From Monosiga brevicollis MX1 (taxonomy: Eukaryota), in NCBI RefSeq assembly GCF_000002865.3, contig NW_001865079.1, positions 196,172 through 216,171 on the forward strand: a DNA stretch of 20,000 nt, written 5' to 3'. A model generated the notes under the pieces. It saw only the letters and a program-made list of their open reading frames with translations. It made no database searches and was not told the DNA's origin. The position numbers were made by a program, and so were the translations under genes. Numbering within the stretch: the stretch's first letter is position 1; the number at the start of each line of letters is the position of its first letter. Shown one piece after another: positions 1 to 9,620 of the stretch.

Positions 1-1
1 C

Positions 2-1030
2 CTTTACGGCGACCGTGTGCTCGAGGGCCTGCGTGAGGCTGGCCTCAAGATTTTCAAGATTGTTGTGCCCGCCGATGAGCTTGACGAGACAGGCGAGCCC
101 TCTTGCGAGCGCCACAAGACGCTCGACGTCTTCAGCCGCTGCGTTGACCAGATCCTTGAGCGTGGCATTGACAAGAAGACCGCCATCATCTCCCTCGGCG
201 GCGGTGTCGTGAACAACATTGCCGGTTTCATCTCAGCCACCCTCTACCGCGGTATCACGCTGGTCCACTTTTCCACCACCACCATGGGCCAGGTCGATGC
301 CGCCATTGACTTTAAGCAGGCCGTCAACCACCACATGGGCAAGAACCTCCTGGGTGCCTACCACCCGGCCTCTCGCATCATCCTGGACCCTGAAGTCCTC
401 GTGAGCCAGAGCAAGCGCCACATTCTCAACGGTCTGGCCGAGTCGATCAAGCACGCCTTTACCCAGTCGGAGGAGCTCATCAACTACATTGTTGACAACC
501 GTGCCATGCTCGATGACAAGGAACAGGCCGTCGACTACCTCGAGCAGATCATTCGCCTGACCATTGCCCACAAGGTGCCCACCCTCTCGGGTGACACTGA
601 GAACAACTACAACGAGTATTGCCCTCAGTATGGTCATTGCCCCGGCCATGCCGTTGAGTTTTTGAGCCTGCACACCGAGGGTTCCAAGGCAGCCCTGCTG
701 CACGGCGAGGGTGTCACCATTGGCATGTGCCTTTCAGCTGAGGTGGCCCGCCTCAAGGGCATCTGCGACGATGTTTGCGTCGAGCGTCACTACGAGGTCT
801 GCCAGGCCATGGGCCTGCCCGTCTATATCCCTGACGACATGAGCGTCGAGGCCATCCTCAACAAGATGTGCTACGACAAGCACTACGTCAAGCAGCCCAC
901 CATGGGTCTCACCACCAAGGTCGGCGAGATGTACGGCATTGACGGCGACTATGGTCACTCGATTGACCTGGAGACGCTCAAGAAGGCCATTGCCATTAAC
1001 ATCAACCGTCGTGATGCCCAGTCATCATAA
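2..1030 (+). CDS. Sugar-phosphate cyclase superfamily protein (DHQ-synthase fold, 2-deoxy-scyllo-inosose-synthase-like); 5' end lies upstream of the window
   Basis: Frame open from nt 2 (LYGDRVLEGLREAG...) to TAA at 1030, with no intron. Motifs: NAD-binding GGGVVNN (197-217), LYRGI..H.STT..QVDA, KQAVN (314-328), GKNLLGAYHP, and metal ligands in AESIK, PQYGHCPGHAVE and LLHGE. Codon use is strongly C/G-ending. Confidence 0.93.
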   Translation, partial: LYGDRVLEGLREAGLKIFKIVVPADELDETGEPSCERHKTLDVFSRCVDQILERGIDKKTAIISLGGGVVNNIAGFISATLYRGITLVHFSTTTMGQVDAAIDFKQAVNHHMGKNLLGAYHPASRIILDPEVLVSQSKRHILNGLAESIKHAFTQSEELINYIVDNRAMLDDKEQAVDYLEQIIRLTIAHKVPTLSGDTENNYNEYCPQYGHCPGHAVEFLSLHTEGSKAALLHGEGVTIGMCLSAEVARLKGICDDVCVERHYEVCQAMGLPVYIPDDMSVEAILNKMCYDKHYVKQPTMGLTTKVGEMYGIDGDYGHSIDLETLKKAIAININRRDAQSS

Positions 1031-4000
1031 GCGGCTTCGTTTGCGCTAGCCTATTTCTGAGTGTCCTGCCTGTGCCTGTGCTAGCTATGCTTTTGATTAG
1101 CACCGCTTGTGTCTTGTCTTTAGATTTCTCGTTCCCTCTATTGCCTTGACATGCTTGTCGTGTCTGCACATTTGGCGCGCCCCGCTCTTGTTAACCATAT
1201 GCCTGGGCGCTGCGTTTCTGTGTGTATGTATGCTCGTGTTCGATACCTCGTGACTTTGCCATCTGCGATGCTGTTGCTCGATGTGTGTCGCCTACACGAT
1301 CTCGCTCGCGTGTTGAGTTGCTTCTCAGACGTCCTTTCTTCATAATCGACTATCTTTTCTCCTGATCAATCACCTTATCATTCGCGCGCTTTTCGTTCGT
1401 AAAGGCTCGTAAAGGCTCGCACAACTCGAGAGCAACTCACATTCACACGCACATCTAAAAAAAAAAGAGTCAAAAGCAAAATCTGAGCTTGATCATTTGT
1501 CAGCACGCTCGGGAATTCTGTGAACGAAGAAAGTGACATTGATGTCAGCAATTCGAGTTTAGGGCTAAAGAACATTGTATTGTCAGATAAATCCACTTTA
1601 AGGAGGTATTTTTAATCTGCTTCTGTTGCGTGCGTTCGAGTCATGCAAGCAGGCATTATCTTGAGGCGACGCTGCCAGAAAGCGCACGATGCTCAGGGAA
1701 AGTGGCACGTCGGACTGGCCTGTACGTAGCAGATACGCAATTCTTGTGTTTGAAGCCGTGTGGCCATAAAAGCACGACTGAATATCGACTCGTGCGTGCC
1801 CTTGCATGGCGTGTTGCTCGGGTCCATCGTCCCAATTCAAGGTTGTTGTGCTTCCCAACCAAAAGATCATGAACGGTTTGCGCTCTTTTGTTTATGTCTA
1901 TCGCAATTAATGATGCAGCATGGCAGGAACGTTGTTCCACCCATCCCGCCGTGGTCTCAGCGATGAACTTGAGGCAATCGGACCTTATTCCCGTCGTTGG
2001 GCATCCTGCAAATTGATCCAAAGATATGGGTGGCGGGCGAGGGTTGCTTACGGCCCTTTGCACTATCGTCCAAGCTGGGAAGATGTGCCACGGATTAGGT
2101 TGGGATGAGATGACGCTCACCAATCATGGCATGTGCGTCATTGTGGTCAGCTGGATGCAAAATTAGGAAAGAGGGGCGCGAAAGGGGGTGGGAGGAGTTG
2201 TCCCCCGAGATGACCTTCTGCCGGGTATGTCTGTACTTGGCAGTTTGCCGGGATAGAATTTGAAAAGCTGAGGCATTAGGTTATGATGGGGAGCTCGAGC
2301 GTTCCAAGAAGCACACGACGGCATCCCGAGTTGGCACTGGCTGTGCACGCCTGTCGATGGTGGCGGGGTTGGCATGGATGTCGAGTTTCAAAGGTCAATG
2401 ACTGCTTGCCGACTTTGTGGGCTGTTTGCATCTCGGATGAGATCCGAGGCGAGTTGCCGTCCTCTCTTGTCTGTGTGTTGGCGCGGCCTGGTGCTCCAAT
2501 CGACGCAGAAAGGGGTGTGAGGGGGTCAGGCAGTTGTGGCACGTCACGAGCAGAGCTGATTTTGGTGCGGAGGCACCAGCGCCCAACAAGCAAGCGATCC
2601 ATTCCATTCCGACCCGAGTCATCATCGGATGCAGAAGCGCCATGACTCCAAAGGAACGGGTTGGGGAACAGAGGGGTGTGCCACGCCCGGTTGGTGCGGG
2701 CCACGCCAACTTTTGACGTGGCCAAGCTAAGCAAAACCCCTAATCGACGTTACGAGTCGGTGCCCGGAGAGCATGATGTTCAAATCGCGCTCGTGTATGT
2801 GTGATTGATCCCTTGGTGCACCAAGGCGCCGAGTGAAACCCTTCTCTGCTCTTCCCAGAGGCAGCTGCAGCAGTTCTCGTGCCTGGCACGTGTGAGTGAA
2901 ACGGCGGGGGCGCGGGGAGGCCAGAAGGTAAGGCGGCATTATCATCAGAGTCCAAGTGAGCGGAAGCAGCTTTAGAGGACATCCCACCCAACCTATCTAC
3001 ATATCTGCAATCTTTTGTTGGCAAAGGAAGAAGAGAAAAAGATGCGTTCGCGTATCGTGGGTTCCATGGAAGCCATATCGATTTACGTAACGACATCAAG
3101 AAAATTTATGTTTCCTATGGGATTGTGGGTCTACTGATGGGATCGAAGCAGCTGGGTAGGTTGCTGCTGATGAAACGAGGGTAGGTATTGGGTGGCGAAA
3201 TCTCGAGCTGTGCCGGCTCATATCAGCCGCTGGTGGCGCTCAAGAGGTTTGTGATTTTTTTTCATCCTGTTGCCTCGAATAGAGAGACGAAAAGCATTGC
3301 TCCTTGCCGACTTTGCCGAGGGCCAGAACAAGTCAAGGCTTGTGGGCTTGATCCGCGCACATCTTTGCGCCTCGTCGTCTCACGCCATGGGTACACAGCG
3401 CCAATCATGTGACTCTGGGTCGCGGCGGCGGCTATCATCGTCTGCTGCCACAGCCCGTCTGACCGGACTCGGAATAGCGTTTCTTATTGGTACTGGGAAC
3501 ATAGCATGGCCCAACGGCGGGCCTGTGACTGGACCAGAAGTGTTTCTGTCAACGGTGTGGGCGCATAATCAAAAGGACCCATGAACGACCTCATCCGACC
3601 CAACGGGAGCATCAACGAAACGCAAATGCCGAAATTAACCCGATGCGAGCTCATGCCTTGTCGTGAGCGATATAGCCAACGAGGATCGAAAACTTGACCT
3701 CAGGGCGGCTTTTCTCCGCACCGACTGACTGGGGTGTTGTAATCTAAGTTGGTTCGTGCGTGACCCACGAACAGGCAAGTCTTGCCTTCATTCCAAAGAG
3801 CCCTTCGTCCTGCGTCATATACTCGATGACTCTTCTCCCAAACTCCAGGAGTTTGAACCGCAGCTTTTGTTGTTTTCGTCAACTTTGCCCGCTGTTCCGA
3901 GCTCTCGATTGGCCCCGTGCCTGGTCGAGCTGCACCATCCTGCCCATGGTTGTTGTTGATTGTGCTTGTCTTGTTCAGCGCCCATCCAGGCACATGGACA

Positions 4001-4150
4001 GGCAGTGGTCCGCAGGTCTACTATCATTGTGATGAAACTCTACGTTCTGAGCCGGGACAAAGCCAGTCTTTAACGTTGGCTGTTCGGCGCCGTAACACTC
4101 AAATTGGTTGCCACTTGCATACACGGTTGATGTATCCGATTCACGTTGCA

Positions 4151-4210
4151 GAGGAAGATGGGAAGAGGACGAGGATGAGGAAGATGGGAAGAGGACGAGG
4201 AAGAGGAAGA
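4151..4210. repeat. 26-bp purine-rich tandem repeat, about 2.3 copies
   Basis: gaggaagatgggaagaggacgagga(t/a) occurs twice, followed by a partial gaggaaga. Confidence 0.85.
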
Positions 4211-4843
4211 GAGAAAGAAACAACATCAAGACGTGCTTGAAGTTTGAACAGGCCCGCACTGCCCAGCAGACATGGTCAGCAAGTCAAGGTCGCGGAACCA
4301 TTCGCTACCGCGGTGCTTAACACCGCCGTGCATAGCAAAGCCACGTCAACCTCCATCCGGAATTGGGTTGTGTCGCGTGAGCATGGTTGGATTGGCTCCT
4401 CGGATGTTTTCGCCTTTTTTGTGTTGGTGATGAATCTGTAAGAGGAATGTGTGTGTGTATGTATGTGTGTGTCGAAGGTTTGACTCACTTTCTGTCGCTG
4501 ACGGACCCTTTGCCCGTGTGTATGTCCGACCGCTTGACTGTTGGTGTGGGTGGCATTTTTTTTTGACGTCTCCGTCTCCTGCTCTGGCTACTTCAAACTC
4601 GTCCATTGGATGTACGTTTGGGTTGTCCTAAAACCTTGCTCGCTTGTCTGGCACGGTATGCCGTGGCCTCCTTCCGCTGCCACCCTCGCCCCCACCCGTG
4701 CACCTTCTCTTGCCAGCCTGCCATGTCCCTGATTTGTTTTCGCTCCGTATCGTTTGGAGACCTCGCACTTCATCTGCACTTCCTTGATCAAATCACATCA
4801 CCCATCGCATCAGCTCGCAAATCCCCTCCCCCTATTATAAAGG

Positions 4844-5033
4844 NNNNNNNNNNNNNNNNNNNNNNNNNNNNNNNNNNNNNNNNNNNNNNNNNNNNNNNNN
4901 NNNNNNNNNNNNNNNNNNNNNNNNNNNNNNNNNNNNNNNNNNNNNNNNNNNNNNNNNNNNNNNNNNNNNNNNNNNNNNNNNNNNNNNNNNNNNNNNNNNN
5001 NNNNNNNNNNNNNNNNNNNNNNNNNNNNNNNNN
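4844..5033. other. Assembly gap (190 N)
   Basis: Run of N. Confidence 1.
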
Positions 5034-5422
5034 CCCCTGCTTGCCCATCACCCTCCCCTCCTCGCCGATTCAGTCTGATGAGACAAGAAAAAAAAAAGCA
5101 TCTGTCGCCGCCTTGCTCCTCTTGCTCGCTTCCCCGTGACCCGTGACCCGTGGCCTCCACCTCGATCATTGCTTGTGCGCTTGCACTCGCTTGGCTCTCG
5201 CTTCGGTCGGCTCAAGCCACGATCTCGTTTGTCGTGGTTGGTTCTGGCTCCTTGGTGGTTTCACGAGTTGCTTCCCCGCCTTGTCCGCCCTCGTGGTTAT
5301 AATCCCGAGTGTCCTTTCATCACCCCCGCGTCATCCCGTGGACACACCACCACCACCACGTCACCACCCATATACTTGTGGCTGCCGCTGCCCGTGTCCA
5401 AAGTTGCCATTCCAATATACAA

Positions 5423-5538
5423 ACACACACACACAGACAGACAGACAGACACACACACACAGGCAGACACACACGCACACACAGACACACACACACACAC
5501 AGACACACACACAGACAGACAGACACACAGACACACAC
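5423..5538. repeat. Compound (CA)n/(CAGA)n microsatellite
   Basis: Directly visible; a shorter (GT)n tract follows at about 5611-5640. Confidence 0.95.
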
Positions 5539-5987
5539 GGAGACCTGGATCCCTCTTGCTCATGGCTACGCTTTTATGACACCAAACTCGTGCCACTTTT
5601 GCGTCCCCGCGTGTGTGTGTGTGTGCGTGTGTGTGCGTGCGGTGTGGTTTGGCTTGACGTCTGGGTGGTGTGTGGTTGAGAGATTGAGACCGTTTGTCTG
5701 GGTCTGTCTGTCCGTGATCACAAAAGCGCACGACGCCTCACAACCCCTCTGTTGCAATTTTGATCCCATCGCTGCCCGGGATTGATGGTCTGCCCTCGCC
5801 CCCACATAGATCCACAGCCATCACCAGCGTCTGCGACCGTACCCAAGGGTCAGCCCCCACACTTCTGATTGCTCTAGTGTGTATCGGTAAGCGCATCCTC
5901 TCGCCCACTTGCCTACCAATGGTCCCAAACACACTCGACGCCCGCTAGGCCAGACTGCCATCCTCGAACCTGCATCTCCCACCTCTT

Positions 5988-5991
<4 letters not shown>

Positions 5992-6027
<36 letters not shown>
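5992..6027. repeat. (CT)n microsatellite
   Basis: Directly visible. Confidence 0.95.
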
Positions 6028-6031
<4 letters not shown>

Positions 6032-6493
6032 TTTGCTCCCGAGGCCTGAGATCCGATGCCTGCGCCACCTTTTCCCACATTATACATCAGGCATTGATCC
6101 GCTTCATCCAAGCCCACACGTCTCCTCGAACCGCGTTGCGCTCCTGCTTCCACAAGAACACATCGGGTGTGCCTGCTCACTTTTTGAGATCACCTCATAT
6201 GTGTGTGTATGTGTGTGTGTGTGCGTGCGTGCTTCTCGAAACGGCAGACCCTGTGCGTGTACTCGGTAGCATTTTGATGATCATTTCTTTTGCTCGCATG
6301 CAGAATAGCTGAAGCCCCTTGAATCAGAAGTTGACTCAGCAAGAGACATACACTGGGTCGAGCTAGCACCCCCCTCTTCGCAGCAGCACCAAACATCTTG
6401 GCGGGTTTTCAGTACACAGGAGGGGCCGGGCAGGGTGCCCATTCTTGCCGGCAGCCGACCAAGCTCCCGCCAAACCCTTGGCTCTTGGCGTCC

Positions 6494-6693
6494 ATGCTCG
6501 GCAAGCCATGCTCGCAACCTTCTAGTGGACGTCTGTCCACAAGCCCCACCCTACAAGTCCCCAGCCCTCGATCAGCCGCCATGAGCACCTCCCGCGGGGT
6601 TTCATCCTTGTCACCAACTCTTGGCGGCGATGAGGGTCCCATTCAATGCAAGGAATGTGGGCGTCGCTTTGCCCGCACCGCCAACCTCCGTCG
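6494..6693 (+). CDS. Exon of a C2H2 zinc-finger protein (partial; start uncertain, remainder in or beyond the gap)
   Basis: Frame open from 6335, in-frame ATGs at 6494 and 6581. It ends IQ-CKEC-GRR-F-ARTAN-L-RR, matching C-x2-C-x3-F-x5-L-x2-(H). A GTAAGA donor at 6694 splits the Arg codon just before the expected His. Confidence 0.75.
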
Positions 6694-6755
6694 GTAAGAT
6701 TCTCTTTCCAATCCACACAGCCAACACATATATTCCCTCCGTCATGCACCGTACC

Positions 6756-6861
<106 letters not shown>

Positions 6862-7642
6862 NNNNNNNNNNNNNNNNNNNNNNNNNNNNNNNNNNNNNNN
6901 NNNNNNNNNNNNNNNNNNNNNNNNNNNNNNNNNNNNNNNNNNNNNNNNNNNNNNNNNNNNNNNNNNNNNNNNNNNNNNNNNNNNNNNNNNNNNNNNNNNN
7001 NNNNNNNNNNNNNNNNNNNNNNNNNNNNNNNNNNNNNNNNNNNNNNNNNNNNNNNNNNNNNNNNNNNNNNNNNNNNNNNNNNNNNNNNNNNNNNNNNNNN
7101 NNNNNNNNNNNNNNNNNNNNNNNNNNNNNNNNNNNNNNNNNNNNNNNNNNNNNNNNNNNNNNNNNNNNNNNNNNNNNNNNNNNNNNNNNNNNNNNNNNNN
7201 NNNNNNNNNNNNNNNNNNNNNNNNNNNNNNNNNNNNNNNNNNNNNNNNNNNNNNNNNNNNNNNNNNNNNNNNNNNNNNNNNNNNNNNNNNNNNNNNNNNN
7301 NNNNNNNNNNNNNNNNNNNNNNNNNNNNNNNNNNNNNNNNNNNNNNNNNNNNNNNNNNNNNNNNNNNNNNNNNNNNNNNNNNNNNNNNNNNNNNNNNNNN
7401 NNNNNNNNNNNNNNNNNNNNNNNNNNNNNNNNNNNNNNNNNNNNNNNNNNNNNNNNNNNNNNNNNNNNNNNNNNNNNNNNNNNNNNNNNNNNNNNNNNNN
7501 NNNNNNNNNNNNNNNNNNNNNNNNNNNNNNNNNNNNNNNNNNNNNNNNNNNNNNNNNNNNNNNNNNNNNNNNNNNNNNNNNNNNNNNNNNNNNNNNNNNN
7601 NNNNNNNNNNNNNNNNNNNNNNNNNNNNNNNNNNNNNNNNNN
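6862..7642. other. Assembly gap (781 N)
   Basis: Run of N. Confidence 1.
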
Positions 7643-7674
7643 CCTCATGCCTCACCTTGACCCTGCCCCCTCAG

Positions 7675-8763
7675 ACGGCGCTCGGCTCTGCCGTCTACCT
7701 GTGGACGCCTGGCACAAGTCGCGTGCAGACGTTGTGCGACCTGCAGGGAGAACAAGGCGGCGACATCTGCTCGATCCGCTGGTCCCGTCAAGGGAATACT
7801 CTCGCCATTGGTGATCGCAACGGCAATGTGCACATTTATGACGCTGCCAAACTGCAGCGCATTCACACCTTCAAGCAGTTGCACACCGAACGAGTCTGTG
7901 CCTTGGCGTGGAATTCCCACCAGCTGGCAACCGGAGGTCGCGATCGCACGGTTCGACTGCTTGATATTCGTGCCCGCAGTGAAACCTCACAACTGATGAA
8001 TGGTCACACCCAAGAAGTCTGCGGCATGCAATTTTCGCCCGACGGCTCGCACCTGGCAACGGGGGCCAACGACAATCTCCTCTGTATTTGGGAACCCACC
8101 CACGCCCACCGCCCGCGTCACACCTTCCGAGATCACAAGGCTGCCGTCAAAGCCATCGCCTGGTCACCACACAAGCACGGTTTATTGGCCTCCGGGGGTG
8201 GCAGTGCCGACCAGTGCATTCGTTTTTGGAATACCCTGACAGATCAGGCCCTGCAGGTCATTGACACCAGCTCCCAGGTCTGCAATCTCGGCTGGTCCAT
8301 GTACTCCAATGAACTCGTGAGCACGCATGGCTACGCCCGCAACGAAATCGTGTTGTGGTCCTATCCCGACCTGACCCGTCAAGCTGCCCTCACGGGCCAT
8401 ACCAGCCGTGTGCTATACCTCGTACGTATATGCCGCGCTTCTCAGCCTCAACAGCCAGAGGCCCAAAGGCTTGAACGCCACCTTGTTGTTTGTGAGCAGA
8501 TTCTGTCACTGTGGTGGTTGTCGTTGGGGTTGGGGTTGGGGTTGGGTCAATGTGTCATCGTGGACTGTGTGCAGCTGATTTCATGTGGCTCAACGCCTCA
8601 CGCCTTCCGTCTTTTACTATTGTGGCAGGCACTTTCCCCGGATGGACAGACCATCGTCACGGGTGCTGGGGATGAGACGCTGCGTTTTTGGCAGATCTTT
8701 CCTGGTGCCCGACCCAAAGCGACTGCCACCACGAGCCTGCACCAGTTTGAGCACATCCGATGA
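7675..8763 (+). CDS. FZR1: APC/C coactivator Cdh1/Fizzy-related: WD40 domain and IR tail (exons 7675-8421, 8629-8763; N-terminus not visible)
   Basis: Acceptor ccctcAG|, then TALGSAVYLW, GHTQEVCG, HKAAVKAIAWSPHKHGLLASGGGSADQCIRFWNT, SQVCNLGWS...NELVSTHGY, GHTSRVLYL|ALSPDGQTIVTGAGDETLRFW, and C-terminal ...HIR*. RVLYLA and IVTGAGDETLRFW favour Cdh1 over Cdc20. Intron is GTACGT(8422)...CAG(8628). Confidence 0.93.
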   Translation, partial: TALGSAVYLWTPGTSRVQTLCDLQGEQGGDICSIRWSRQGNTLAIGDRNGNVHIYDAAKLQRIHTFKQLHTERVCALAWNSHQLATGGRDRTVRLLDIRARSETSQLMNGHTQEVCGMQFSPDGSHLATGANDNLLCIWEPTHAHRPRHTFRDHKAAVKAIAWSPHKHGLLASGGGSADQCIRFWNTLTDQALQVIDTSSQVCNLGWSMYSNELVSTHGYARNEIVLWSYPDLTRQAALTGHTSRVLYLVRICRASQPQQPEAQRLERHLVVCEQILSLWWLSLGLGLGLGQCVIVDCVQLISCGSTPHAFRLLLLWQALSPDGQTIVTGAGDETLRFWQIFPGARPKATATTSLHQFEHIR

Positions 8764-9196
8764 AGGGCTCAGACCGCTTCAGCATGTCCTGGCATGAGCC
8801 GCATTGCTCCTGTTGTAATGCTCATGGCAGAGCCTATTGCGCCTTTTCCGTCCCTGGCCGAGCCAGCGGAGAAGGAACGCCCTCAATTCCAGTGCCGCGT
8901 GCCATGCGTTGCTGTTCCGCAATTCACTCACTCATTCCCAGTGGATCAATTCGTTGTGGTGACGCTCATCGATACGGTAGAAATTGTAATCCTGAACTCC
9001 CTTGGTTGAAGGCTTCGTGTTGCTTTCCGCGATCTTGCCCGCCACCGCCGTCAACACCACTGCATCTCCCAAATTCGCTCCTTCATACCTAGCGTGTCTA
9101 ACAGGAGAGAGCACCATCAAACTTCTTTGCTACTCAAGTCTCACATAACAAAACGCCGAGCCATTTCCCCCTGAGGCTAGAGAAGCTTGTGTCTGA

Positions 9197-9334
9197 AGTG
9201 AGTGAGTGAGTGAGTGCGTGAGTGCATGAGTGCGTGAGTGCGTGCGTGTGTGAGTGCGTGCGTGAGTGAGTGAGTGAGCAGGAGCCAGCAGCCGAGAGTG
9301 CCACAAGAGCCACAAGAGCCACAAGAGCCCAAGA
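9197..9334. repeat. (GAGT/GCGT)n microsatellite followed by three to four GCCACAAGA units
   Basis: Tetranucleotide tract about 9197-9278; 9-mers at 9300-9334. A further (GT)n tract lies at about 9418-9442. Confidence 0.9.
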
Positions 9335-9620
9335 AGTTAGGGAGCAATTCAAATCAACATCAACAACAGCAATCAAAACATCAACAAAATCGTGTTTTGC
9401 TCAAAAAAAGTTTTTACGTGTGTGTGTGTGTGTGTGTGTGTGACACTGGTTTGATCTTCGGGGACTGCTGCCCGCTCTCAGATCTTGTCAAGGTATCGTC
9501 GGGGGCATCGTGGGCTTGAGGGTGTGCTGCTCACAACGAGGCAGGGTTCGGGGAATGAGGTTGGGTGCTGCCGGGTGTGTCTTTGCTCACCATGGTCTTT
9601 GTCCGTTTACAGCCGCAGTC

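Noticed and set aside
233..958. Antisense ORFs over the cyclase (similar ones lie over the beta-helix and ankyrin genes)
   Set aside because: Shadow ORFs caused by GC3 codon bias; no motifs.
2280..2470. Protein-like minus-strand fragments (AVIDL / KLDIHANPATIDRR) as a pseudogene
   Set aside because: Broken by stops or frameshifts, and no family is recognisable; insufficient support.
4833..4843. TATA-like tattataaagg
   Set aside because: Abuts a gap and has no assignable downstream gene start.
5136..5805. ORFs rich in HT/CV dipeptides (also at 6522-7814 and 14425-15349)
   Set aside because: Translations of (CA)n/(GT)n microsatellites or read-through of N gaps; not real proteins.
6094..6115. 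IRFIQ as a possible Cdh1 C-box
   Set aside because: Does not match DR(F/Y)IPxR and has no supporting exon context.
8524..8546. TTGGGG repeats as a telomere or chromosome end
   Set aside because: Fewer than four full units, inside an intron; kept only as a G4 candidate.
9300..9334. Short direct repeats as a CRISPR-like or mobile-element end
   Set aside because: Contiguous 9-mers with no spacers; no cas, transposase or RT sequence in the window.
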